Positions 24,427-37,124 of a DNA stretch of 64,000 bases are shown here, one piece after another. The translations under genes were made by a program, and so were the position numbers. The stretch is from Octopus bimaculoides (taxonomy: Eukaryota), in the NCBI RefSeq assembly GCF_001194135.2, contig NC_068984.1, forward strand, positions 33,819,768 to 33,883,767, in the 5' to 3' direction. How positions within the stretch are numbered: position 1 is the first letter of the stretch; each line of letters starts with the position of its first letter. Below the pieces are notes generated by a model. The model did no database searches. It worked only from the letters and a program-made list of their open reading frames with translations, and was not told the DNA's origin.

Positions 24427-25173
24427 ATTATTCTGTGTGCAAGGAAAACGGGACCGCGTTATCCAACGTGGTCTTTTTTTATGAAACGATGGGATGTTAA
24501 TTTTAGTCCCAGTGGCGCTATCGTGTGTGTCGATGCAATATTTTGTGGTGGCATCCGGCATCGAGAAGGTTGTGTAAAAATAGTTGCCTTTACGTAATTA
24601 TTTATTTCATACTGACGTGGCTGTGTAGCATTGAACGGCAGTATCTTATGTGCATTTCATGGTGTAGTATTGCAGAAAATGTTACTATGATGAAAGATGT
24701 TTGTGGCGTTTTTCTTCTGTAGAAGCCGTGAACGGGGGAATTATTTGGCAACTTCAGCTACATTAAGTGCGATGATCTAAAGAATTTTCTTTTGAACTGA
24801 ATTCAGTTGACTGAATATGCTACCTGAAGCGTTTATATGAGATAGACTGATGTATCTCTTGCTGCTTCAGACTTGTGTTTCTTTGTGATTTTTCGTTGCG
24901 CTCTAAGTCACTCTGCAGAACTGATACAATTAATGGCGATATGTTCTGTTCTTGTTATATGTAAAGTTTACAAATATTAAAATATATTTTTAGAAACCTT
25001 GAATATATTTCTTAAATGTTGACCATTTATCATACCCTTCATCGTAATTGTTAATAGAATCCTAACACAGTGAACATTGCAGGCACATCTCTATGAATGA
25101 GGTTTGCATTTATTATGCTCATACACAACATATAGATTTCACTTCAATATTGAGCACTTCACTGAAACAACCT

Positions 25174-25191
25174 AGTAGTAGCATCAGCTGC

Positions 25192-25252
<61 letters not shown>

Positions 25253-25300
25253 ATAGTAGTAGTAGTAGTAGGAGGAGGAGGAGGAGGAGGAGGAGGAGGT
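25174..25300. repeat. (TAG)n followed by (GAG)n microsatellite
   Basis: Seen directly. Confidence 0.97.
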
Positions 25301-26899
25301 AGAAGAGTCACGTGAGTAGTGATTACCTCCGCCTCACGCAGCAACACCTTACAAATAGTCGTACTCGCTAACCTAAAATATCGATTCTCCTCTGGTCTTT
25401 TTAAAGTTCTACTTTGAACTTGCTTATAATAAATCCAACACTTATCATCGTTTGTTCTTCATAGATACGAAATACAAAACGATATCTTTTCTTTAGAAGT
25501 GCAACAAATTTTATTGTTATATTTTTGGAGGGTTTTTTGTTTATTTTTCAGACATATTTTTCTGTTTTTGTTCTCTTTTTTTTTTAATGTAGCTTTTATT
25601 TTTTATAATATTATAAGAATTTATATATGTTTTAACTTTTATTTCACCGTTTCACAGTCTTCGTATATAATAGATATGATATTTGATAGATATTGGACTA
25701 TAGATCAAACAAGAGAAAAAAATATAGAAATTAATTACAAGAGTGTCAGCTGACACTTATATCTGGTTAATATATCTAGCAAAGGGGGTAAAACAATAAG
25801 ACATCAAACAGTGATCGAATTAACACTATTTGAAAACTGATTCTCATCATTAAAAAAAGATATACTCGTTCCTAGGTGGTGGTGACAAGTTCAGATAAAT
25901 TATTTCCTTTGACTTTAGCTACCTATACTCACGCGCATGCGCGTGTGTTTATTCATGTTTGTATCAGTGTTGCTACGTTTGTGTGTGTATGTGTATTGAT
26001 ATGTGCGTGTGCATGTGCGCACTTGCTTGTGTGTGTGTATGTAGAAGCTAGACAAGGACTTGCTATAAGTACAGACCGGCAATGGTTTCTACTAACTTCT
26101 CACTTGATATTTTTTTTTCCATTTGTGTAATAGTTTTTGATTTATATGAAACTTTGCCATTCTTACGAATAGTTCTGCTGTTGGTAGCTCCTCAGGGTCA
26201 AGGATTAAACACGAGAATTAATCTTGGTGGACCAGCATATAATTATTTGGGTCATTCTGGTCGATACTGAGTAGTTGTTGCCTCATGAAAGGTGAACAGA
26301 TGAAGCGCTGCACTGGCCATCTAGTGATGCTCTCTATACTCCTATTTATTTTTGTGATGTTCGGTTCGTACAACGTCAAAATTATTCGACCCCTTATAGA
26401 CGACTGTATCGGGCATTAGCCGATGGATCTAAATTGTACATATTGATGCAGTTACAAATTTTCTTTAAGTATATCTTTAAATCATTTCTTTTTTCCTCGT
26501 CGTGCATTTTCCTTCATTAATCTGAGATTAAACCCGTTGTTTGGGCAACTCGCATTTGCACAACATAGCCAGTTGATAGAAACTAATGGCAGTTATTAAT
26601 CGATTCAATGTAGAAGAAAACATGATGTTTCTTGATTATGCACATGTTCTGCAATTGGGTGTACATGATTTTTCGTAAGAAATTCCTAATGTATTTCTTG
26701 ATTATTGAAATGTTGCTTATAACTTGACCAAATTTCAGATTCGTATGAAAGAATGGGTATTACGAATGCCTTTTATATTTATAAGATCATGTGCCTATAC
26801 GTTCGTGAACTATATATAACCGTCTTCACAGACGACCAAAGATTGCTTTGGCGCATCTTACTCGGTATGACACTTCTTCATCGGCTTTTGTGCTCTGTA

Positions 26900-27720
26900 A
26901 AAGATTACTGGAATATTGAAAAATGTCCCTTCTCTGTCAATTCTGCTCGCGTAGACAAATAGCTGGACGAGGTTCCGACATGCTGCTTGACTTCATGTAT
27001 TTATGTTAGGAGTTAGACCCTTGTTATCATATAAACCAGTACAAGTGTTGGTAATTCTATCTTGTTCGTCTGGAGAACATCGTATAAAGATTAATGACGA
27101 ACAATTTATCTACAAAAAATTATCCTCTCTCTCTCTGATAGTCTATCTTCAAAGAGAAGCATCAACCGGTCTCAGAGATGTAGTCAGTATTAGCATGCTC
27201 TCGAGTTCTAGAAGGAGCCAAATATCATTGTGGCAACTACGGAGAAATATCTCTTTTCTCAGCTGCAGGAAAATTTCTGATAAAGCTCTTCTTTACTATA
27301 CCAACTAACATATTATTGTATACTCACCTACCAAAATAAGTACTAACCAGAGTGATGCATTACAGGAACTTTAAAAACGTCGGGCAAAAAGTTTTCCGGT
27401 ATTTCTTCCAGCTCTTTCAGTTCTCAATTCAAATTCGACCATGACCTACTTAGAGTATAGTCTTCAAATATCGTCTCGAGTACCTTTAGTGGGGTCTATA
27501 CTTTTGCAAGTATTTTGGTACAGGTCCCCAGTTTGAGGATATGTTCCCCTTCCTACCCACTAGTCTTGGATATCCTGTCACGGGTTATGAGCACCGCTAA
27601 CTTAAAGACAAAAAAGGACATTCTTTCCTTTCCAAGGCATTTGATCTTCTAAATCATGAAAATCCGTAAAAATTGCTTATCAAACATGGCTGACCACAAA
27701 TTAGTGAACGCTGCACAAGA
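26900..27720 (+). mobile_element. RTE-clade LINE, degraded RT fragment, apparently interrupted by an old SINE-B head (about 27370-27450)
   Basis: GAKYHCGNYGEISLFSAAGKFL (cf. GD..DC.NYRGISLLS.AGK.L) and SKAFDLLNHEN...KHG (cf. KAFD.V..E.LW..L.K.G). Confidence 0.6.
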
Positions 27721-29556
27721 AAACTACACTACGTTGCACGTTTTCTATTACAAATCAGTTTGCACTAAGTACTGGAGTAAGCCAGGGATGGATAGCTGAC
27801 CCTACGTCTTTTTCTTTGCTTCCTTGTTCCCCCTTTCTCTCGGCTAAATTTGAACGGACACTGACAAAACTCTCATTTCGTGCTCTAATCGTAATAACGC
27901 AAATGCAAAATTACTTAACGTTAGCAGATCCTTTGACAGAGGAAAATCTACGTCTACATCCTGAATTGATCTTCAGTATGCAGATTATGTTATCGTAAAT
28001 TAAAACTAAGACATATACAGTAACAGAGAGTCGTTGACATTCATTTTGTCAATAAACATTTGACAAGCAATTATCCGTTTCACGTTCAGATTTGTTGCAA
28101 TCAAAAAATTTAATATAATAATATTCTTCTTTATTCCGCAGTGCAGTGCTTTCATCAAACTCATATGCTGCATTAAGTTTCTTTTTTTTTTTGCCGAAAC
28201 GGTGGATTACTTCAGTGAAAATCAATGTTATGGAGTAAAATTGCAGAAACCTTCTAAAGCATCGGCTTACATAAATGTTTATCCGTTTTTGCTCGTCAAA
28301 TAACTCCCTGAACTAAAACAGCAGCGATGAGATAATAAGCTGTCTTTCCACACCACTCCCAACCAGAGGCTTTATTTTCCCGTTTTGTTTTAGAATCAGC
28401 AATGTCTACATGCAAAAATATTACAACAAAACGTTGAATTTCTAGGAAAAGGTGAGATGCGGTTAATTCATAGCTAATGACAAAGCCCATGAGTGTTGAA
28501 ATAGAGATAATTAGTTTGCTCTTCACATGCTATTTTTCGAAACATTTTTTGTTATGGCTTGACATGCTTTCGCACTAAGATTGCATATGTTCAAATAATT
28601 TACAATGAATAACTCAAATACTTTATAGTGTTTTATGACATTTTCGTACAATGCATAAATATTCTGATGTATGTATGCTGAAATATATTCAAGTATCCTT
28701 TTATGCATCAGTGGACGTACACGTATATAATGCAGAGTTTGAAGCATAATGCTTATATGAAGAGGCATATGGATACAAAATTCAGCATGCATATATGCGT
28801 GTGCGTCCATGTATAAATGTATCTATACATATATACACACATATAATATTCTCATATATATATAAACACATAAATATAAATATATATATATGCACATGCG
28901 TACATATATGCAAATATACATTCATTCATTCATGCATGTATACATACATATATGTATACATACATACATTCATACAAGCATACATACTTATACATACATG
29001 TATATTTAAAGGATTCAAGAAAATCTTTCAAAACACCATCAACAGCATAGCAAAACATAATTAAGATACTTGTATATACAATCTCTTTCATGTTAATTCT
29101 TTAAAAATTTTACGATAAAGGAAAGAAAGGCGGAAAAAAAAGAAAAGGTATGAAAGCTTGGTCTTTATTTAGCAGGTTATAGAGTGAAATAAACACCTGC
29201 TCTCTGTTGATGACTCTCAGGTTGAACGTAAACAAGTGTACCATTTGAAAACAGAAGCAGCACTTACTTTAGAATAAATATAAATGGAATTCCCTTTTAG
29301 ATTTATCTCTTCGAACTTATTTCCTTTTTATTGATATTTATTCACTATTCTCTCTTCCTTCTCTCTCTTTCTCTCACTTTTTCTCACTCTCTCTTTCCTC
29401 CTCACTCTCTCAAACACAGAGGCACAAACACAAGCCAAAGCACACGATTATTATATGCGAGTGGGCTTGCTTGCGTATGTATGTATATAATATGCACACA
29501 AACGCACACCAGTATACATACTTAATATAGATATATACACGTTTTATACAAAACAC

Positions 29557-29624
<68 letters not shown>

Positions 29625-29707
29625 GTATATATATATATATATGTGTATATATATATACATAGAAATACATACATATATATATACACACACACAGTCGCAT
29701 AAAATAT

Positions 29708-29746
<39 letters not shown>

Positions 29747-29829
29747 CATACATATATATACATTTATATATACATGTGTAAACGTATAGTTATATGTACA
29801 CCATCATTGTATACGTATATAACCATGTC

Positions 29830-30963
29830 TATAAGTAAAGTGCCACATTTGTCTACAATGTCAAAGTCAGCCAAAACAATGACTCTGTTCAGGGAAAGAG
29901 TGACAGCTACAGAAAGGGAGGCATACCAAGAAACGAACAGACTAAGCAGTACAAAAACCAGAGCATCTCAAAGTGATGAACAGTGGGATGCGCATCTGAC
30001 AAGGAATAGGATCTCTACTGCAGAACAAAGAGCAGTTGCAACAGCTCAGAGAAACAACTTCTATGAAGCTTTCAATTATGAACCAGCAGTTCATTATGAA
30101 GATGACACTAGAGTTTCCATTGTTGTAATGGCAACTGAGTGCATACATTGTAAAGCAAAAAAGTAGTTTGGAGAGACACCTGCACTGTGCTGCAGTGGTG
30201 GAAAGGTTAAACTCCCTGCAACCCACCAACCTCCAGAGCCATTGAAATAACTGTTGTCATCAACTGAGCATGATTCCAAGTACTTCCAAAAGAAAATTAG
30301 ACAATACAACACTACACTACAGTTGACTACATTTGGAGCCACAAGATATTTAACTGAGCCAGAGTCCATGCAGACTCTCAAGATCCAAGATCGGATTGAT
30401 CATCGGATTGGCTCTCTACTACCTCTGTCAAATGAATTACCAAAATCGGCCTTCCATTCTTTATAATCTGTACTTATTATTTGGTTACTAAATAAGCTAC
30501 ACAAAAAGTGTTTTTGAATTACGTGTATTTACTATATATATATATATATNNNNNNNNNNNNNNNNNNNNNNNNNNNNNNNNNNNNNNNNNNNNNNNNNNN
30601 NNNNNNNNNNNNNNNNNNNNNNNNNNNNNNNNNNNNNNNNNNNNNNNNNNNNNNNNNNNNNNNNNNNNNNNNNNNNNNNNNNNNNNNNNNNNNNNNNNNN
30701 NNNNNNNNNNNNNNNNNNNNNNNNNNNNNNNNNNNNNNNNNNNNNNNNNNNNNNNNNNNNNNNNNNNNNNNNNNNNNNNNNNNNNNNTATATATATGAGT
30801 TGAAAACTTTATTTCACTTAACGTTCATTTTCCATGCTGTCCATGTTTTTAATGTAGAAAGCTGGTATCTCAGCTACCAGCAGTTGAGACCTGCGTAATC
30901 TAGACAGCGTTTTAAAATTTCATTATTCTCTTTAACCCGGGCAACGCCGAGTATTTTTGATAG
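29830..30963 (+). mobile_element. Non-autonomous Helitron: Rep/Hel N-terminal remnant plus 3' terminus (5' end not located)
   Basis: MATECIHCKAKK*FGETPALCCSGGKVKLP..PPEPLK..SKYFQKKIRQYN..LTTFGA..LKIQDRIDHRIGSLLP matches the Helitron N-terminal Zn-finger block. A terminal hairpin acccgggcaacgccgagt (30935-30952) is followed by ATAG|T, a degenerate CTAG|T. Confidence 0.85.
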
Positions 30964-31052
30964 TAGGTTATAAAATATGATATTATTACATAATTAGCTA
31001 GTACAATAAATTGAATAACACAAAAATTAGTTGCGGTAAAATATATTTATAA

Positions 31053-31310
31053 CAAATTCGGCCGCTCATACAATTGCTGTTGCAAGAGTTTGATCGGCTG
31101 GTAGAAGTGCACGGACTCCCTATCGGTGCCTGTGGTGCCTGGTGCCGGCCTGCGAGTGAGGCACTAGACGCCTTGGACATCAAAGACAAGTCATTTCGAC
31201 GTCTATTTAGACGGACAGCTATGATCATGACGTACAATATGCTGAGAAATTAGCTCTCAGCGTGGGGGATCTTGCAGGCATGATCCCTGTACGATGACTA
31301 GGAGATCTAA
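31053..31310 (+). mobile_element. 3' end of an R2/NeSL-like (RLE-type) non-LTR retrotransposon
   Basis: The open frame 31053-31253 (no ATG, so absent from the ORF track) reads ...VEVHGLPIGACGAWCRPASEALDALDIKDKSFRRLFRRTAMIMTYNMLRN*, resembling the post-RLE (V.HGL.IGARG.W) C-terminus of these elements. GC-rich relative to the flanks. Confidence 0.6.
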
Positions 31311-31569
31311 CTAGAAACAAACATAAAAATATACCGAGTTGCTTGAGTTTTTGCCTAGGTTATCGCCAAGTCTTCATATTTTTAGTCGTGACCCAATGCC
31401 TATTTTTCACATAATGTATTTGCCTACCATATATACTATTCTACTTCGTATAGAACGTTAGCTATATTGGTACTTCTGGCTCTCAATCTTTAAATATTCT
31501 AGTGTGTCAATATTTTAACAAAATGATGGTACTCCTTTAAGTTATAACGTTACTTTGTAAATTAAAATA

Positions 31570-32450
31570 AATTGTTAATATTCAAATTTTATCTTTAGCT
31601 GCAATATTGTAAGTAATTTTTTTTATTATGTACTTTACCAGATGTAATAAGTTGTCCTGAACATTTCCAAGTGTAATAACTTCTCCTGTAATTTTCCAGG
31701 TTTATAATCTTAAGAATATTATTTCTCTTGCTCGCATTTTTCCATGTAATCCATGTTTTTCCCAGGCTATGCTATTATACTTATTACTAATATCTCACAT
31801 GTGTCACTTAGCGGTATTGTTGATATTTTTTTCCGTAACATCAATGACACAGGTGACAGATATTAAAAGTCCCCTTACAGAACTATATTCATAAAAAAAA
31901 GTATAGATCTATATTATCAACCACAACTTGAGAAATAAACACTCATAACTTTTTCATTTAAATCTTCATAGCATGAGAGTGATACCATAAAATTCCTTGA
32001 ATTGAGCTCTATCATTTAAGCTTAATTAAAGTATAGATTGTTTTTAAAATTAAAAAAAATACTAATTATACTTAAATCTAATGTTTTGCCTTACTTTTAT
32101 TTTTTCATATTTTACATCACAACTTTTATGATACAAATTTTTGTTGCATGGGCACAAAGCTATGACTTTCTTCATGCTTTTTTCTATCACTGAAGCTAAG
32201 ATGAATACATGTTGCTTTTAAAATACAAAAAGTTATTTAGATCTAATCTTGATTGGTGATGTTACATACTCTCTTATAACGTTCCTACAAATTTTGATGT
32301 AAACTTTTTTTTCTACTGGATCAAATCTCAATTATGCCAAAATGTAGCTAGGGACAAGTCCTCTTCAAAAATGTTAACAGTTTTTAATTTGGTTAAGAAC
32401 TGAATTAGTAACAAGGTCTGAAATGCACTGCATGTGAGTAAATTGCGGCC
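31570..32450 (-). mobile_element. Degenerate DNA transposon relic, possibly hAT; second copy of 6070-6950
   Basis: Similarity to 6070-6230 and 6700-6950 is visible, e.g. aattttgatgtaaactttttttctactggatcaaatctcaa versus attttgatgtaactatttttctactgaaccaaatctcaa. Confidence 0.4.
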
Positions 32451-33379
32451 TTAATAATATTAGTCAACTACTACCGTATTTGGTTGATTCAAAACTTCAA
32501 GTTCAAACCTCCACTTTCCTGTGACTAGATTCACCTGCAGAAAATCTCGGGGAATATTTACCAAGTAAGCATCTGAAGCTGAATTGCCTATATCATTTCA
32601 ACATTGTTTTAACTTTGTTCTAGCAACTTCTTCCAGAACAATTGTCTCAAGCTGTTATGCCATTCTTTCGTTTTGATCATTAGTCTAGAGAGATGACTTT
32701 TGATGCATAAGTGATTGTTGGCCTTCCATGATAAGACTATTTAGGCCTACGTTATGGTCAGGACATTCCAGTGATTCTTCAACGCGATGCACAACACAAT
32801 AAGCTGCAGTTTGCTTATTTCTATCCGGCACTAAATGGGTGTACATCAAGGTGCCGGGAGCTGCTTTCGATGGAATGATGGACCATCGCTTGCTTCATAC
32901 TACATCGACTAGTTTTCTGTAAGATATTTTGTCCATTGACCGATCGACCCTATTGACACTCGATCTAATGGTTGGCGACTTGTTTAAGGAAGTTCAAGAA
33001 CAATGAATGTAAAGGTTAGAGGAAGAATGCAAAAATAGTTTATCATCAACTTGAGTGTTGAGACGAGAATTCGAATATATATATTATGATAATATATTGG
33101 ATATAATATAATTAACATGATTTCTCACAAGAGCTGAAATAACATTTGATGTAAGGAAAATTTGGTTTTAGAAAACTATCGATTTAAATGATAATGCAGC
33201 AGATGTTTTCCAATAAAGGTTCTAAAATTTTTAATTGCTTGGTATTATTATGTAATTGTGGGATATTTTTAAAACATTTAAATACACGCCTGTGATAGAC
33301 AAAACAGAAGAAAGAATTTTTGCTGTGTAACAATACCACACCAGACAGATAGAATTTTGTTGTGTGTATCAATTAATAG

Positions 33380-33930
33380 GCTGGCTCAAAAAGCCACAAT
33401 GACATTGGACACAATGGTTGGCGAAGTTTCGAATTATGCCATCGGCCCTACGAAACCGGTCTATTAGAAGATGCAAGCGCATATAAATCATCTTCCACTG
33501 AAACGTTGAAGAAATGGATTTCGAGTAAATCTCTAGTTGTAAGCTAATTCAAACGAGCCAGTCTCATTCCGGAATATCATTTTATGAATGGCTTTGCTTA
33601 CAATAAGCTGTCCATTTACAAAAAATTATTTTCTTTCTAAAATCTCATTGAATAACGACGCTCAAAACACCTGCATGAAAATGTTCAAGACGCATATCCG
33701 AAGACAGGAATTCTGTGGAGAAGCTCTAGGTACCGAGCTATCTATAATATTGAGGCAACACTCTGAATGAGAAAATAAGATTAGCGTCGACAGAGCCCAG
33801 TCTCTTCCCAAATGACGGAAACAGCTAAGGTAATGTCTGCAACTGGATTTGCAAATCAATGATTGGTTTGAATTCCTTGATGGGATCTCACAGAAAATAT
33901 CGAAGAACACTGTGCAGCTGTGTTCTTCTG
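33380..33930 (+). mobile_element. RTE-clade LINE 3' fragment, highly decayed
   Basis: Frameshifted FRIMPSAL.ETWSIRR (cf. LPSLLYG.ETWT.YRR), HIRRQEFCGE (cf. RIPKQ.FYGEL) and C-terminal CNWICKSMIGLNSLMGSH (cf. C.R.C.S.IGL.SH.R.H). Confidence 0.6.
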
Positions 33931-34264
33931 AACCCTTGTTCATTGACGCGACAAAAGTGTCCATTTAATTCATTAATCAATCAATTATATATATNNNNNN
34001 NNNNNNNNNNNNNNNNNNNNNNNNNNNNNNNNNNNNNNNNNNNNNNNNNNNNNNNNNNNNNNNNNNNNNNNNNNNNNNNNNNNNNNNNNNNNNNNNNNNN
34101 NNNNNCGACAACACACATATAGCTCTACACACACACATACAGACGCACACACACATATACACACACACATACGCACACACGCACATACACACACATACAC
34201 ACATATACACACGCACAACATATATGTACATGCTCACTTATACACACACACGCACATACCCACA

Positions 34265-34540
34265 CATACACGCGCATACCTCCTTCTTAGAAAGAACTTT
34301 CTTAGAACTTTTTCTTCACCCATTCCCTTCCGGTCATTTCAAAATATAACCACATGTGAATCGTTGGCGATTTTCTTCCTCCGTCTTCCTTCATGCTGGA
34401 CGTTCCTCTGTTTCTGAAGAAGAGCTTTACTCGAAACGTTAAACATCTTCTTTTCCTTCCTTGAGCGTCTGCTAATACTTTACAAGTACCACGTCCTCGC
34501 GTTGTTTATTTTTTGTTTGTTGTTCTTTCTTTGGATTTAC

Positions 34541-34545
<5 letters not shown>
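34265..34545 (+). mobile_element. About 280-bp pLTR-like/retrozyme-like unit between (CA)n and (TA)n tracts, carrying a hammerhead motif
   Basis: Non-microsatellite island containing the hammerhead core, followed by a T-rich stretch of about 100 nt ending in (TA)n. Assignment as PLE-derived is inference. Confidence 0.55.
34409..34445 (+). ncRNA. Candidate minimal type I hammerhead ribozyme
   Basis: tgttt-CTGAAGA-a-GAGctttaCTC-GAAAC-GTT-aaaca: 5-bp stem I, intact CUGANGA and GAAA cores, 3-bp stem II, palindromic AACGTT in place of stem III. Confidence 0.6.
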
Positions 34546-34573
<28 letters not shown>

Positions 34574-37060
34574 GTGTGTGTATGTGTGTGCGTGTGTGTA
34601 TGTGTGTGTGTGTGTAGATAGATAGATTGATAGATACATACATACATAAATACATACATATTTCCTCTACGGGATCAACCTTAAAAGCATGTGATTTTGA
34701 AATGACATCCTAATATACCCTGTCTGTAGATTGGACCGCCGTTTAACGACAGTCCTGCAATATCAATATGTTATTCCTCACCTTGTAGTATCGAAATGAA
34801 TTCATCTCAATAAAGCAGACGAAAAGGCTACGAAACAGTGGGATTGCTCATGCGGGAGGACTACGATTCTGCATGCTACTAAGCATACACCTGAACGTGG
34901 ATTTGGATGTTGTTTAACTCCAAGTTACTACTGATAAGGCAGACCTATGATTAATGATATTTAACCATACAACCTTCTTTCCAGATGTCATGATTTGAGA
35001 GAATTGCGCTTTCTTCCTTGAATAGGTCGAGCGATCACATAAAGTCTACTAGTCATATTTAAGTGCACTTTGATTTCAGCTACCTTCATTAGACATAATA
35101 TTCTCCATCTTGTGGATATATAAATGGATTACAGAAGAATCCCTGCAAGAAAATCATTTCAAAACAACAGAGAGCTGTGTAAAGTACTATTTGCATAATC
35201 CATGGTTATGTGAAGGCCAATATTAATGTCCCTCTCAAGCATGTATCATTTCCTTTTCTATACACTTTAAACATGTTATGTCTGTGAAAAAGATTGAAAG
35301 TTATATCAAATTCATTGAAGCAGTCTGTGATGACTATTCATTACAGACCGCTGCAATAAATTTGACATACCATTCGAAATCCATTGTAATTTATATTCGT
35401 TTCAAAAAACAATTCAAATAATGAATCATCCTTTGTTCATTTAACTGTATCCGAAATTTCCCCAGGTTATTGTTAATAGTAACGTTGTTCGCAAATTATT
35501 ATTTTATTGTATATTGTATTTTTGTTTATTTTGCAGTGTTTTTTTTCTTTCAAAGCAGCATGTTTTCTTTGGTTTTTGATTGTTTTTATTTTTTTATATT
35601 TTTATTTAATGGGAAATGTGTTGTCATGTCTGAAAAGAAATACTCTAGCATAAGAGAGATCTATGAAGAGAGATATGAAAAATCTAAGCTGATGTCTTCT
35701 TTCTCATTACACCCATTTAAAAGAGGGATGAATACGTTATATTTATAATCATAACGATACTGTCTAACTCTGCATGCTGGTAGCCATGGGACAAACACTG
35801 AATTGTTTGAGAGTTGTCAGTTTGTTTATTCTAATAATGTCAAACCAGTTTCTAAGCATCTTATCGTATTTAGATCTATTTATTTACATGACTGTAAAGC
35901 AAAGACATTTGATTTGTAGAACTGAATTTATTTGGCTGTCTATTTCTATAAAAATTATGTTTAGAAATCGGGATCACCATGACTATGATAGTACGAAGAG
36001 TCTTACGTTTGAAAACGAAGGAAGGCAACAGAAAGGAGTGACATTTTTCAGCCCTGAATTGACTGTCTGATATTTTGTTGATGACAACGTTTTTATGAAT
36101 TAAGATGCGAGTAAATTTGTTGAAGCTGAAGCAAATATGTTTAATTTCCTCTTCGTTATAGCAAAATGCATTCAACAATCCGGAATAGAGTATCACTATC
36201 ATCAGCGTCACCCATAAAATACATCACAGGCAACTGACAAAATCTGAGTTTAAAAATATGGTTTTTAACTTTGCTCTCTCAGAATGATGTATTCCACATC
36301 AAACTTTAATCATTCCCAAACCACAAATATCAGCTCACAAACTGAAAAGTTAGATCTTAGCTAGCATATTATCAGTATGATTTCTAATGCAATAACAGCA
36401 CATTATGTATGCACAAAAAAGAAACTAAGAACAACAGAAGAACAATTGTAAAATTAAATCAGAATAACGAAAACAAATACAAGGTATGAAGCTAATAGAT
36501 GGAATGTAACATCCAGTCAATGTAACAATACTGAAAGAACAGCTTGCTGTTTTATAACAGTTAACAATTTCTAGGTATTCTTTTGAATAATCACAACACA
36601 AATGCGTAACGGGAGAAGTTCTATGTGAATATGGGAGGTGACGCCAAAAGGTTAGAGAACTCTCGACCTAGATCTTAATTAACACTAGTTTGTTCTGTTG
36701 TTTTTATCATCTGAAGATTTTAACAGCCATATATAGCTGAACGCGTAAAATTTCGTATACCACTTTACAACAAATTGAATTCCTCTGACTTTCTACATTG
36801 AATATGTATAGAGATTGCTGGTTCGTTTGTTTTATCAGCACATCATTTCGTTGATGCATAATTGATGTGTTGAGACATTATTAATTTAGGGGCCTTACCA
36901 TTTGGTTCCGAAAGGGAGTTGTTAGTGTTGCTCTTTAGTCAAAGGTCAAGTCTATACAAGAAAACCTATGATCGGAGACTTTCTGTTATGAACATCCCAT
37001 CTTTTTGTATACCTAAAACTGTATTCTTCAACGTGATCTTTCAGTCCCATTGATGCAGGG

Positions 37061-37077
37061 TTATTATTATTATTATT

Positions 37078-37124
<47 letters not shown>

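Noticed and set aside
24700-24790. Strong polypyrimidine acceptor (tttttcttctgtag|)
   Set aside because: All frames close within about 60 nt and no good donor follows.
33445-33470. GAAACCGGTC, resembling the 3' half of a minimal hammerhead
   Set aside because: No CTGANGA box upstream; the sequence is better explained as the RTE ETW(S/T) coding motif.
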